A stretch of DNA of 63,296 nucleotides, filler included, from Bonamia ostreae (Eukaryota): assembly GCA_040357525.1 (NCBI GenBank). It is 36 parts of 36 records of this genome, joined end to end, with 100 filler letters (N's around TTAATTAATTAA, not from the genome) between each part and the next. Parts side by side here need not be neighbours in the genome. Positions count along the whole stretch, not along the records: positions 1 to 1,672 come from JBDODL010001462.1; positions 1,773 to 3,443 come from JBDODL010001463.1; positions 3,544 to 5,214 come from JBDODL010001464.1; positions 5,315 to 6,985 come from JBDODL010001465.1; positions 7,086 to 8,755 come from JBDODL010001466.1; positions 8,856 to 10,524 come from JBDODL010001467.1; positions 10,625 to 12,293 come from JBDODL010001468.1; 29 more parts are not named here. One strand, given 5' to 3'. The position numbers and the translations under genes were made by a program. This document shows positions 1 through 10,829 of the stretch, piece after piece (positions within the stretch are counted from its first letter, which is position 1; each line of letters starts with the position of its first letter). The notes under the pieces are model-generated. The model worked only from the letters and a program-made list of their open reading frames with translations, ran no database searches and was not told where the DNA came from.

Positions 1-44
1 TTTTTTATTTTATCAAAAACAATTTTTTTACCAAAAATTTTTAG

Positions 45-784
45 TCACTAAAAAGAGAAAAGGAATGGTTAAAAATAAAGAAAAAACTAAAACTGAAAAT
101 AAAAGCTCAACAAAAGCAGTTTGACTAAACATTAATTTAGAATTGACAAAATAAAACCGCCGAGCGCAATCATAAAAGAACTCCAAAATTTGATCTTGGA
201 CAACAAAAATTTTGAGGAACCGAAAAATTTTACAAACTTTGAAAATCTGTTTTTTTATCTCATTAAAGCGATGACATCAAAAAACGAAAAAATAATTTGA
301 TCGAAAACAAAACAAAATTGGCCAATTCTTTGCAAAAATCAAATTTGATTTTGGATAAATTGACTGATTTTGAAGCTTTCAGACCAAAATTTTCAAAGGT
401 AAAAAAATCCAAATTTAGTTCATCGAAGAATATTCTCTGTCCAAAATTCCAACTTGTCAAAATTACGAAAAACAAATTTTTGATTTTCGCAAAAAATTTG
501 GTAAAATTGATTAAATTTAGACCATTTTAAAAGCGAAACAAAAGAATTCGTTGACAATTTTTACAAAATTAGTTTAAATTTGAATAAATCTGCTTCGACT
601 GAAAATTTTAGAAAAATGGAAACATTGGAAAAAAATTTGGTCGAAAAAGTTTAATTTTAATTTTTAGGAAAATCAGTTAAAGTCGAAAAATAGAGAAATC
701 GAAGAAAAGGAAAATATTTTTCGAGTGCAAATTACGGACGTAATGAAGCGCCTTACATATTTGGAACAAAATAAAATTTTGTAA
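45..784 (+). CDS. 3' part of an unknown K/E-rich coiled-coil protein (protist), five tiny introns
   Basis: The frame stays open to TAA 782-784 after removing GT-AG introns 119-140, 249-268, 501-520, 550-572 and 649-667 (19-23 nt). Confidence 0.75.
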
Positions 785-828
785 TTTTTAGAACTAAAAA
801 ACTTACTGCCATTTTTATAAATATCACA

Positions 829-1471
829 ATGCTAAAAAACCATTTTGCCGTTTTGATATAATAATATCGCCAATCGGAATTAGCCATGTTTTCCAAACAT
901 GGGCGAAAAATCCGTTTGAAATTACTTCGTAACATGAAAAATTGCTTTTCGGTGATCACCAAAAAGCTTAACTCGGATGGACTAAATTTGAAATTTGAGA
1001 TTCACCAAAACCCAAAATCGATTTCAGTTTAATTAAAATTTAGCTTTATTTTTATAAAATGGTTCAAACTTTAAGGAATTGCCGTTTATATTACCGTCTG
1101 ATCGCCTTCATCACATTTTCGCTTCCAATTTTAAGGGACAACTTTTTTGTTCTGCGAAATTTAAAGATCCGTTTAATGAAATGACAGTCAATGTCATGAA
1201 AACTCGGATTCCATTTTACAATTACGAAATTTTAGTCAAAAACTTAACTATCCTCAAAAACAAAAAAACGTTCAAATTGCCAAATTTTCGGCTCAATTTC
1301 GACAACGAAGAAATGCAGATTTTTTCTGGCAATTATTCTCTTTATTCCTTCGATGAAATTCTTTGTGCTAAAATTTTGGATGTCAAAGAAGATGTCAGAC
1401 AGTTTTCAAAACGTTTTTTAATGCAAAACTTTTTTTTTCACTTTTTAAGTATGCTTACATTTTTTTTGTAG
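829..1471 (+). CDS. Unknown multi-exon protist protein; faint resemblance to a Tubby C-terminal region
   Basis: ATG 829, several GTTT..AG candidate introns, ORF 1079-1471 containing ILKNK..PNFRLNF. Exon structure is not resolved. Confidence 0.35.
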
Positions 1472-1672
1472 TTATTATTTTGTGTGTTTGTTGAAGTTTT
1501 TTTGTTTTGATTTTTTAGGTTTTTTGGTATTTTGTTTTGAGTTGTGTGACGTGTGAATTGTTTGGGAGTATTTATTTTTTTTTATTTTATTTTTTTTTTT
1601 TTTTTATAGTTTTTTTTTGTAGTTTACAGCATTACATTTTTCTGGATCTTTTTTGGAATTTAGATTTTTATA

Positions 1673-1772
1673 NNNNNNNNNNNNNNNNNNNNNNNNNNNN
1701 NNNNNNNNNNNNNNNNTTAATTAATTAANNNNNNNNNNNNNNNNNNNNNNNNNNNNNNNNNNNNNNNNNNNN
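1673..1772. other. Artificial contig spacer N44-TTAATTAATTAA-N44 (first of 35 copies, recurring every ~1.75-1.77 kb up to 61546-61645)
   Basis: Identical 100-nt block with a six-frame stop palindrome; intervening contig lengths fall from 1672 to 1651 bp. Confidence 0.99.
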
Positions 1773-2258
1773 CCCCCAACGTGATTGACCTGAACAAATT
1801 TTTGGCCACTTTGGAAGATAATTAGCAAAGTCTTCCACTCTGAAATTGGTCAAGTCGCCCCCTTTTGTTAAAAATTATTAATATATACAGCAAATTAGAT
1901 TACAAAAAATTAAAGGAATAATACATGTATGTTATCTAATATCAAAACAGCATTGGCAATTGTTTTAGAAATCAGGAAGTTAGGTGTTATTTGTATTCAG
2001 TTTTGCCGATTTCGAAAGGTCGTGACGTGACATTTTCAGATAGGGGCATCAGTTTAGCCGATTTCAAATAGGGATGACTTCACCATTAGTAGATGGGGCA
2101 ACTTTGTTATCTTTTTGTAATAATTTTGAAAAAGGGATCAAGTTTGTTGAAAAGAGGGGTAAGTAGGAATGGATGGGGCCAAGTTAACAGGGGGAAATAC
2201 ATTGTAGTTGTCATGCTTCCTTTCACATATGTATTGAATGTTTCCTACTTTATTTCAG

Positions 2259-3018
2259 CTATTGGCAAGAGGTGGTATTGAAATTTATGGATGGCACACC
2301 AGACATACCAGTAACAGTGGACAGACAAACTGCACAGAAACTGGTAGCAGGAGGTATTGTTTCAGATTAATAATAAGAATTAATGTGTGCCATTGACCAT
2401 TGTTAATCAGTTTTATAACATGTATACACATGCAAAAGCTGGAGATGTTTCAGCAACCCATCTGTCAAAATGTACCTATGGGAATGTAAACATCTAGAGG
2501 TATATATGTAAAAAGAGTCTCAAAGTTGAAAATAGAAGTAACTGTAGAGTAGCAAGAATTTTATAGATGCAGATTGCATGAGCAAGACATAATGATTTTT
2601 GTGTTGTACTGAATTTGATACCAGAGCATAACTTGGTAATATATAGTATCATACAGTAGTAACAAATGCCTAAATATAAAGTATATATTTGATATTTATT
2701 AATCTGCATATGAAATTTTCTTTAAAATCTACTCTTGCATGTAATACCCGGTACTAGTATCTATAGATATGCAACACTCAGTAAGCATAATTTTTTTTAA
2801 TGCATATATTACCACATAGGACTGCCTTGTTGTCCTACTGAGTCGGGTTTGGATCAAATGACTACATTGATGAAGGTGACCATTATGTATATATATACAT
2901 CATTTTAAGGTGTTTTTTTCAGACTTGGAATTGATCAACAAAATAAAGGCAAATGTATTGGAAAGTGGACAGGGTAATGAAATACTGGACAGTAATGAAG
3001 CATTGGATAGTAATAATA
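2259..3018 (+). CDS. Two phase-compatible internal exons (2259-2353, 2923-3018) of an animal (host) gene
   Basis: Pyrimidine-rich TTTCAG acceptors, GTATTG/GTAAGT donors, 569-nt intron; joined frame ...QKLVAG-DLELINKIK.... Confidence 0.5.
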
Positions 3019-3604
3019 GTAAGTATTCACATACTGTGATAACTGAACTTCATGAACTAATAGGCTGTAATAAATTTATTAATTCCTCGATTCTCATCCA
3101 CCTTTAAAAAAAAAAAAGAAGTCATCCAGGTGAATTTTATTTTTATATTTGTACCATGATAGGCCTTTTTTTGACACCCCTTACTAATGAGGCTTAATCG
3201 TAATATTTGAGATAATCCATGCGAGATCCTATACCTAAAACATTGCTGTGCACCAATGACTTTGATAGTTTGAAGATTTGCAGGTCAGATGACCGCAACA
3301 ATATTTGATTCTGTGTTGGGTTCTCTGAATTTGCTTTTACGGGCGACATCACATGCTCGTTGATAAATACGATGTCCAGGTTTCAAAAATGTCTCATGAT
3401 ATACTGGGCGTTTCATAACTATTTTTCTTGTCTTTTACCTGATNNNNNNNNNNNNNNNNNNNNNNNNNNNNNNNNNNNNNNNNNNNNTTAATTAATTAAN
3501 NNNNNNNNNNNNNNNNNNNNNNNNNNNNNNNNNNNNNNNNNNNTGCTAATGTAATGGAGAGGGGAGAGTACTTCATTTATAACAAAGCATGATGGGATAT
3601 CTTA

Positions 3605-4015
3605 TTCATAGGTGATAACCGTATAATGATCAGTCTGTTCTATAGGTGATAACCGTATAATGATCACTTTGTTCTATAGGCGGGGCTCTATAGTTAGAGC
3701 ACCTACATAGGCTATGCCTAAAATGTTTAAAGTGATGGTGATCAGTCTTTTATTGGGGGGGGGGCTGTTATGATCAGTCCGTGTCTTTAGACAGATACCT
3801 ATAGTGATAATTCCTTTTTATAGTCGATAACCCTATCGTAATCAGTCCGTTCTATATAGGCGGGGATCTATAACGATCAGTCTTTTTGGGGGGTGGGGTA
3901 GGCAGATACCTATAGTGATAAATCAGGCTTGACTGTATAATGATCAGTTCGTTTTATAGGTGGTGCCCTATAGTGATCAGTTCATTCTATAGGCGGGACC
4001 CTTTAGTGATCAGTC
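3605..4015 (+). repeat. Degenerate ~33-nt minisatellite (host)
   Basis: Recurrent TATAGGTGATAACCGTATAATGATCAGTCCGTTC-like units. Confidence 0.8.
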
Positions 4016-5314
4016 CGTCCATCCGTCATATTTTTTTTACTATCCCTGCAGGCATTAAATCGAATATGTAGTTACGAAATGTGAATATAATGGGTTACAG
4101 CACAAGTTCTGAATTTAAACTGTGTTGACCTTATCCTAATCCCTGAACTTAACAAACTACAGTGTGCAGGTTTGCGGATCATTTCCGTGTATCCCAGTAA
4201 CTATTGCCGATGAATTCAAATCATTTTGCTAGCATTGGATTGCACATTTTCTAAAAGTGTTAATCCAAACATTATTGTGTGTGTATTGGGGGGGGGGGGG
4301 GGGTAGACCTCTTAGACCACCTCCGCTTCTGACGAGGCAGTGACGTTCATGTAGGAGATATAACAAGTTTCTCCCCGATACTCAATCAGATCCTACATGT
4401 ATATGGTATTTGTAATACCATTATTTCATGAAAAGTGTTCACTTACACTAAATACGAATCAGAGGTGAAGATAGGAAATGCATGTACGTCTGTGGTGAAC
4501 TTTGTTTAGGCAGCACAAGTAGAAGGCTCCAACCAATTCGTTTCCACAAACTTCTAAGAAATAGGATTTTGAACGTCAGCTTAACACCCTTTTAATTTAT
4601 TCCTCAAGGTATTTTGAGACGACAATTTTCCACCCGTGAAAAACGACAATTGCATAAGTATATTTTTTTTAAGAGTAAAGTAAAATACAACAAAAAAAAA
4701 CAAAAAAAAACAACTCAATATCACACAATTTAAAGACAAGTTCGACAGTCATACTAATTCATGTACCCTACATTTCTCTGCATATGCTTCCGTAACTGTG
4801 TAATATCTAGATATGACCGACAACAAAGATTTATTGTCTTTTTTAAAGAACCACAAGAGATTATAAATACATTTCCCTGTTTTATAACACTACCGCAAAA
4901 GAAAACGAAGTTCCAGTTTTAAAGACGAACCCTAGACCGGATAAAATCCGCACACAACAGAAGCGAGATACATGTACATTTATGCATGTACAATTTGCCT
5001 CAGTAGTCAGATGTAGTATCATGAATACTTAGATATGCTTATTGATGCTAATCTTCAGTAACGGAGCATAAATTGTTATTTTCAGCACATAATACGTACG
5101 AGTTATCATTTCTGAATTTTCATTAAGTTATGATAGTCCGGGGCAAACTGTAGTAGCCTCAGTCTACCGGACGAGGGTTAATGTCTAACCCTGGACGTTG
5201 ATACATCCAAGGAANNNNNNNNNNNNNNNNNNNNNNNNNNNNNNNNNNNNNNNNNNNNTTAATTAATTAANNNNNNNNNNNNNNNNNNNNNNNNNNNNNN
5301 NNNNNNNNNNNNNN

Positions 5315-5408
5315 ATCCGTCATTTTCGTTGTTGTTCCTTCGACTGCGAATACGATTTATCAAGGAATCAATTTCTTCATAATCTGTGATGTTAATGTTG
5401 TCGCCCAT
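5315..5408 (-). CDS. 5' end of unknown protist protein (MGDNINITDYEEIDSLINRIRSRR...)
   Basis: ATG at 5408, open to the contig edge, divergent from the gene at 5525. Confidence 0.55.
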
Positions 5409-5524
5409 TTGAACAATTTTGTTATTGTTTTCGATATAATCGTTTAAAGCTTTTTTTTGTCAGAGAAGTGTTTAATTAATGTTTTTATATATAATCGTTA
5501 ACAAACGTAAAAAATTGAAAGAAA

Positions 5525-6340
5525 ATGTTAAAAATTAGACAGATCGGTTCTGTTTGTAAAAGAAAAAATAGATTATTTCTGTTTGTCAATTTTCGGCTTT
5601 TCGCAATCCGTAAAAAAGAGCTTAGAATTTTAAGGCGGAAATCAAAAAGAGAAGAAAAGAGCGTTTCGAGAGAACCTTATTCCATCGTTAAAGATCGATA
5701 TTCTCAAAGTTTTCAACATTGACATTTTAGAAAAAGTCAAATTTGATGTTTTTTACTACGTTTTAAGCTATTCGTCTTTGTTTATTGCGCTGGCAATTTT
5801 AATTTTCATGGCTCGGTATTACTACAGAAAACATAGAACGCATTCGATTATTAACGAAGCTAGACTGACGATCAATCAAACAAAAAATGTTTTTTTGACG
5901 AATGACAAATTTGCAATAAACAAATTTACAAAAATGTCAAAAAAGCAAAATTTGCAATAAACAAATTTACAAAATTTACAAAAAAGTAAAATTTGCAATA
6001 AACAAATTTACAAAATTTACAAAAAAGCAAATTTTGCAATAAACAAATTTACAAAATTTACAAAAATGTCAAAAAAGCAAAATTTGCAATAAACAAAATT
6101 TAAAAATTTTAGCACAAAAATAAGCGCTATTTTTTGCCAAGAAACGCTCAAATAATCACAAAACAAACAAAAACTGAAAACGATTATTTTCTGCATCTTT
6201 TAACTCCCATTAAATCAGGTTCAAATGGCCAAACTGCTTTTCTTTCTTTAAAAATAAACAATTCGGAAATCAAATTCAAAACAACCGAAATCCAAATTTT
6301 GGAGAACAACAAAATTTTCAATGTTTTGGCTAAAAAATAA
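5525..6340 (+). CDS. Single-TM, probably mitochondrial protein, possibly COA1/Tim21-like
   Basis: Basic N-terminus, TM segment ALAILIFMARYYY, then SIINEARLTI...LLTPIKSGS. Intron 5889-6112 is filled with a ~38-nt tandem repeat. Confidence 0.4.
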
Positions 6341-6369
6341 ATTTCCCTTTTTGAACAAAACAAGTTAAT

Positions 6370-6781
6370 TTATCAAATTTTCGATTTTTTCGATTGAACT
6401 GTTCTCTTTATTTCTGTAAGAACAACCAATCGTCTTTTCTGTAAAATCTCAAGTTGCTTCTCTAGTTGTTTCCTCTTTTGTTCTCCGCCATGTTCTTCAC
6501 TTATTCTCTCGTTTTTCTCTTTTTCCTCAAAATATTTTTTTAGTCTTTTTGTTTTTCAATTTAATAAACTTTGGTTTGATATTTTCCAATCGCCGCAAAG
6601 TCTCCAACATTTTTACCGGATAAACTTCAATTGCCCTTTCTCTTCTCCGCATTGCTTCGAAGGACGTAATCGGTTTCCTTATCAGTTTGATGTGGTATCC
6701 GTCTTTAGTCACAAACGTGAATCCGTGCATCTTCCTCTCGATGCATTTGTTTTCGTATTCGATCGCGTCTTCGAAGTTGTC
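6370..6781 (-). CDS. 3' part of unknown basic/coiled-coil protist protein
   Basis: ORF 6527-6730 extended by one intron; upstream intron (6782-6985) is tandem-repeat filled. Confidence 0.5.
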
Positions 6782-7085
6782 TGAAAATTTTTATTTTGAA
6801 AAATCGAGAAATTTTGACAAAAAAAAGATTTATAAAAAAAATTTCAAAAATTGAAAAATTTTGACAAAATATTTATAAAAAATGAATAAAATCGTCTGAA
6901 AATTTTGACAAAAAAAGATTTATAAAAAATTGAATAAAATCGTCTGAAAATTTTGACAAAAAAAGATTTATAAAAAATTGAATAANNNNNNNNNNNNNNN
7001 NNNNNNNNNNNNNNNNNNNNNNNNNNNNNTTAATTAATTAANNNNNNNNNNNNNNNNNNNNNNNNNNNNNNNNNNNNNNNNNNNN

Positions 7086-7362
7086 AAATAAAGTCGTTTT
7101 TAAATTAATATCATTTTTCATTAGAGAACGAAACCTCGTTACAAAACGATTTACAGAAATAAAGAGATTTGTCTCTGTAATAATAAAAGTTTTTTAAAAT
7201 AATAATTTTCGAGGACACCGAGTAACCAAAAACGCCAAGTTTTAACGATTTGGAAGCATAATCGACGGAAGCCCAATTCTGATTGAAAATCGTAAAAATT
7301 ATAAACAGAACTGATACCGTTTTAAGGAATAAGGACATAAACAGATATATTTTACGATCCAT
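7086..7362 (-). CDS. 5' part of unknown membrane protein
   Basis: MDRKIYLFMSLFLKTVSVLFIIFTIFNQNW, hydrophobic N-terminus, divergent from TRAP1. Confidence 0.5.
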
Positions 7363-7804
7363 TTTTTAGTTTTCAAGCGAATTAATTTTTATAATTTTTT
7401 CGAAATTTATGTAATTTTACAAATATCGCATTTTTTGAAACTAATAACAATTTTTAAAGTTTGATCAATTTCTTTTTAAACAACAATAATACAAAAGATG
7501 ACGACTAGACGAATAAAAAACGAAAATGTGTTCGCCATTTATTTTATCGTTCTTCAACACGCTAATTTATATTATCCTTTGCAGCGAAAGGGCAATTTTT
7601 CTTAAATAACAATTATTTTTTGTAAATAAAATATTTTTTACAAAAAAGGAAAATGTAAATTTGTTAAATTTCAAAAAATTTTTGGGCTAAAAACTGAGAT
7701 TTGAAACTAAATCGTTTTATTTACAAATTCGATATAAAAAGACTAATTTCGTTATAATCAAACTTAATTAAAAACATTGAAACGACAACCAAATTTAGCA
7801 AAAA

Positions 7805-8593
7805 ATGCTCCGCAAAAATTTTGTAAAATTTGTAAAATCATCAAATCGCAAAACAAATACGAACTTTCGGAGATTCTACGATTTTAAAGCTTTTTCTAAT
7901 CCGTTTATCAAATCCGCAAGTTTTAACGCTTTTTCTACAACAACGGAACCGAACAAAATCGCACAAAAGAAACCGGAAAAGAAAGCCATTCAGATCAACG
8001 AAAAAATTAAAGGTTTCGCAAACGACTAAAATAGGAAAACGAAGCGAAGAAAAATTTAAAGCGGAAACAAAAGAAATCTTAGAAATAGTCTCAAAATCAA
8101 TTTACACGAACAAAGAGATATTTTTGAGAGAACTGATTTCCAATTCATCCGACGCGATCGAACAATTGCGATATAAAATGAGAGAAAGTCCGAACGATTT
8201 TAGCCAAAATGTCGATTTCAAAATCAATATTTTTACTGATCCTCAGAACAATAGAATTATTATACAAGTTATTTTTTTCTAAATTTATTGCTAAAAATCC
8301 AAAAAAGCTTAAAAAATGAGCTTTAACGAATTTTTTATAATGAAATTTGATAATTAGGACAACGGGATCGGAATGGCCAAAAAGCAATTAACGGAAAATC
8401 TCGGAATAATCGCAAAGTCCGGATCGAAGAATTTTATGAAGAGCATTAAAAACAAAGGAGATAAAGCTTCAACGATTATTGGTCAATTTGGAGTTGGATT
8501 TTATTCGTCTTTTATGATTTCGAGCAAGGTCGAAGTTTTTACGAAAAGTTGGCTCGACAAAAGTTCGTCGGCTTTTTATTGGGTTTCAGACGG
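7805..8593 (+). CDS. TRAP1: Mitochondrial Hsp90 (TRAP1/Hsp75), exons 1-3
   Basis: R/K/S/F-rich presequence; [53 protein letters not shown]. Introns 8013-8034 and 8268-8357; third intron starts at 8594. Confidence 0.93.
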
Positions 8594-8938
8594 GTTTTTG
8601 GGATTAAAAATTTTTTTGCGATATTTTTTGGGATTAAAATTTTTGATGATTTTTGTTTTTTTTTCGATATTTTTTGGGATTAAAATTTTTTATAATTTTG
8701 TTTTTTTTCGATATTTTTTGGGATTAAAATTTTTTATAATTTTGTTTTTTTTCGANNNNNNNNNNNNNNNNNNNNNNNNNNNNNNNNNNNNNNNNNNNNT
8801 TAATTAATTAANNNNNNNNNNNNNNNNNNNNNNNNNNNNNNNNNNNNNNNNNNNNAAAAATTGACCATTTTTATATTCTTTCAATTTTGTTGAAACTTTT
8901 CCGTCTATTTGCTCGAAAATAAAAAAAATCGAATAAAT

Positions 8939-9525
8939 TTAATTATCTTTATTGTTGTTGTCCTTGTCTCCAACATTATTTTTATCGCCATTATTTTTAT
9001 CGTCATTATTTTGTTCATTTTCGTTGTTGGTGCTATCATTAAGAGCGTCTTTCATAACTTGGTCGATATCAATGTCGTTTTTGTCGACGTCAGGCAAAGA
9101 TTCGATAAGAAATCTTTGTCACCAATCAATTTGTCGATTTGTTGTTTTTCCGATTTGTCTGGCAGATTCGAAAGGCTCATCGCAATTGCTTTCGCCAATT
9201 CGTCCTCTTCTGTTTCCATCGGTTCAGATTCTGTCTTCGTCGCTTCTAAATTTTATTGCTTCTTAAAAATTTTTATTTTTATTTTTTCCGATTTTACATT
9301 TATCGGCCATTTTAAGCAATTTTTATTTTTTCCGATTTTACATTTATCGGCCATTTTTAGCAATTTTGAAAATTTCAACGTTGATTTTCTTCCAAAGACA
9401 TTTTGAGTGCCAAGGCGAGTTCAGGGTCGTCTTCCATTTCAGCCGACCCGTTTTGCGGCACCTTCGCAAACTTGCCGAAAGCAGTGTCGGCGAGACTTTC
9501 GCCTTCGCTGACAGAAACCATTATC
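8939..9525 (-). CDS. PSMD4: 26S proteasome ubiquitin receptor Rpn10/PSMD4, C-terminal half only, with a frameshift near 9096-9112
   Basis: VSEGESLAD, UIM1 EDDPELALALKMSLEE, UIM2 EEDELAKAIAMSL, then DKDFL../ESLPDVD and an acidic tail. The vWA domain is absent from the contig. Confidence 0.85.
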
Positions 9526-9565
9526 CTGTTTTTTCTACTAAGCTCGCATATAATTAATCGCCATT

Positions 9566-9652
9566 ATCTCACAGGAGCATTGATTTAAATGTTGTTGCGG
9601 GGGAATGACGTGACCGAAAGGGCGTTCCTCTTGTTAGTAATTCCTGTGAAGA
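9566..9652 (+). ncRNA. Candidate structured RNA or hairpin element
   Basis: Perfect TCACAGGA (9569-9576) / TCCTGTGA (9642-9649) closing stem, inner GGGGGAATG/CGTTCCTCT helix, CC-GAAA-GG tetraloop; a GC island in AT-rich DNA. Confidence 0.4.
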
Positions 9653-9776
9653 TGACTAAAGCAAAATTATGTGGTTTTACAATTTGATCCAATTAATATC
9701 CACCAATCCTATTCTTTTAGTAGAAAGCGATTTTTAAAGAAAGAAAATAAGACTTTAAAATAATTTTAATAAAAAA

Positions 9777-10430
9777 GTGATGCGTATAAGCACTAAGGAC
9801 GATCTTGATAAACATTCCGCAACTCTTTTAATGTTAGTAAAACAGATTATGCTCCTTCATTCTCCTCGACAATACAAACTTGTATTGGATACGATATTTA
9901 AAGAAACACCAATTCTTTCTAAGATAGATAAACCAGGATTAGGTTTAAAACATTATCTTAAAAAGCTGTGATAGTTGATTTTTTGGAAGGAAACAGACCT
10001 GATTCGGTAGAATCAGGATCTGCAGAAGAAAGATTTTTCAAACTAGTCAGTGATTTTGAATCCAAAATCGAAGTTCTTAAATAACACATTAACTAATTAT
10101 ATTTAAAAAGACTTTCGATGAAACGTTTTATATTGAATCGCTCCAATTATGCGGTTTTCATTATTTTAATCGTTAAAATAGTCGAATTTGCTAGATATGG
10201 CTTTCTGACTTTGACGGATACACTTTTGATAGAGTTAAATGAGAAATTTGTTGAATCAAAAATGCAACATTAAAAAGCTTCTGAATATATGAAATTTGTT
10301 AGTGATTCTTATTCACATTTGTTAGTGAGTTTTTTACTTTAATCCAATTAAACAGAAGATGATGCTGATTTAAAACAGAACTTAAAAAATTTAACTTTGC
10401 ACTTAGGTTTTGAACCAATAATTTGTTAAG
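9777..10430 (+). pseudogene. Decayed intron-containing gene of unknown family
   Basis: Protein-like frame shifts at the A5 run (~9960) into AVIVDFLEGNRPDSVESGSAEERFFKL, continues over GTT..AG introns, and has an in-frame TAA near 10271. Confidence 0.45.
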
Positions 10431-10829
10431 GTTTTCTTTGTGAAAAGATAAATGGTCCCTTCGTTTTTAGACCAATCAATTATTAAATGCCTTAAAACTA
10501 CTTTGAACTCATTTTCTTTATTCANNNNNNNNNNNNNNNNNNNNNNNNNNNNNNNNNNNNNNNNNNNNTTAATTAATTAANNNNNNNNNNNNNNNNNNNN
10601 NNNNNNNNNNNNNNNNNNNNNNNNAACTTCGAAAACGAAGCGTCGACATCCCGCAAAGGATGAAATAGAAAGTGGAGAAACCAAATCTTCATTCTCTAAA
10701 AATAATCTAAATGGATTTCAATTATTTCATCTTTGTCGTTTAAAAAAAGACGCTTCTTTTCCGAAGATATGTCGTTTAAAAAATCTCTAACGATATAAAT
10801 GCGCATCTAAAAAATCACAACCGAAAAAT

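Noticed and set aside
1430-1672. T-rich tail (similar tract at ~61200-61545) as a functional element
   Set aside because: Low-complexity contig ends, plausibly low-quality sequence; no shared motif.
9655-9735. U2 snRNA (minus-strand ATCGCTTTCT...GATCAAATTGTA...Sm-like ATAATTTTG)
   Set aside because: The invariant GTAGTA branch-pairing sequence is missing and the spacing is wrong.
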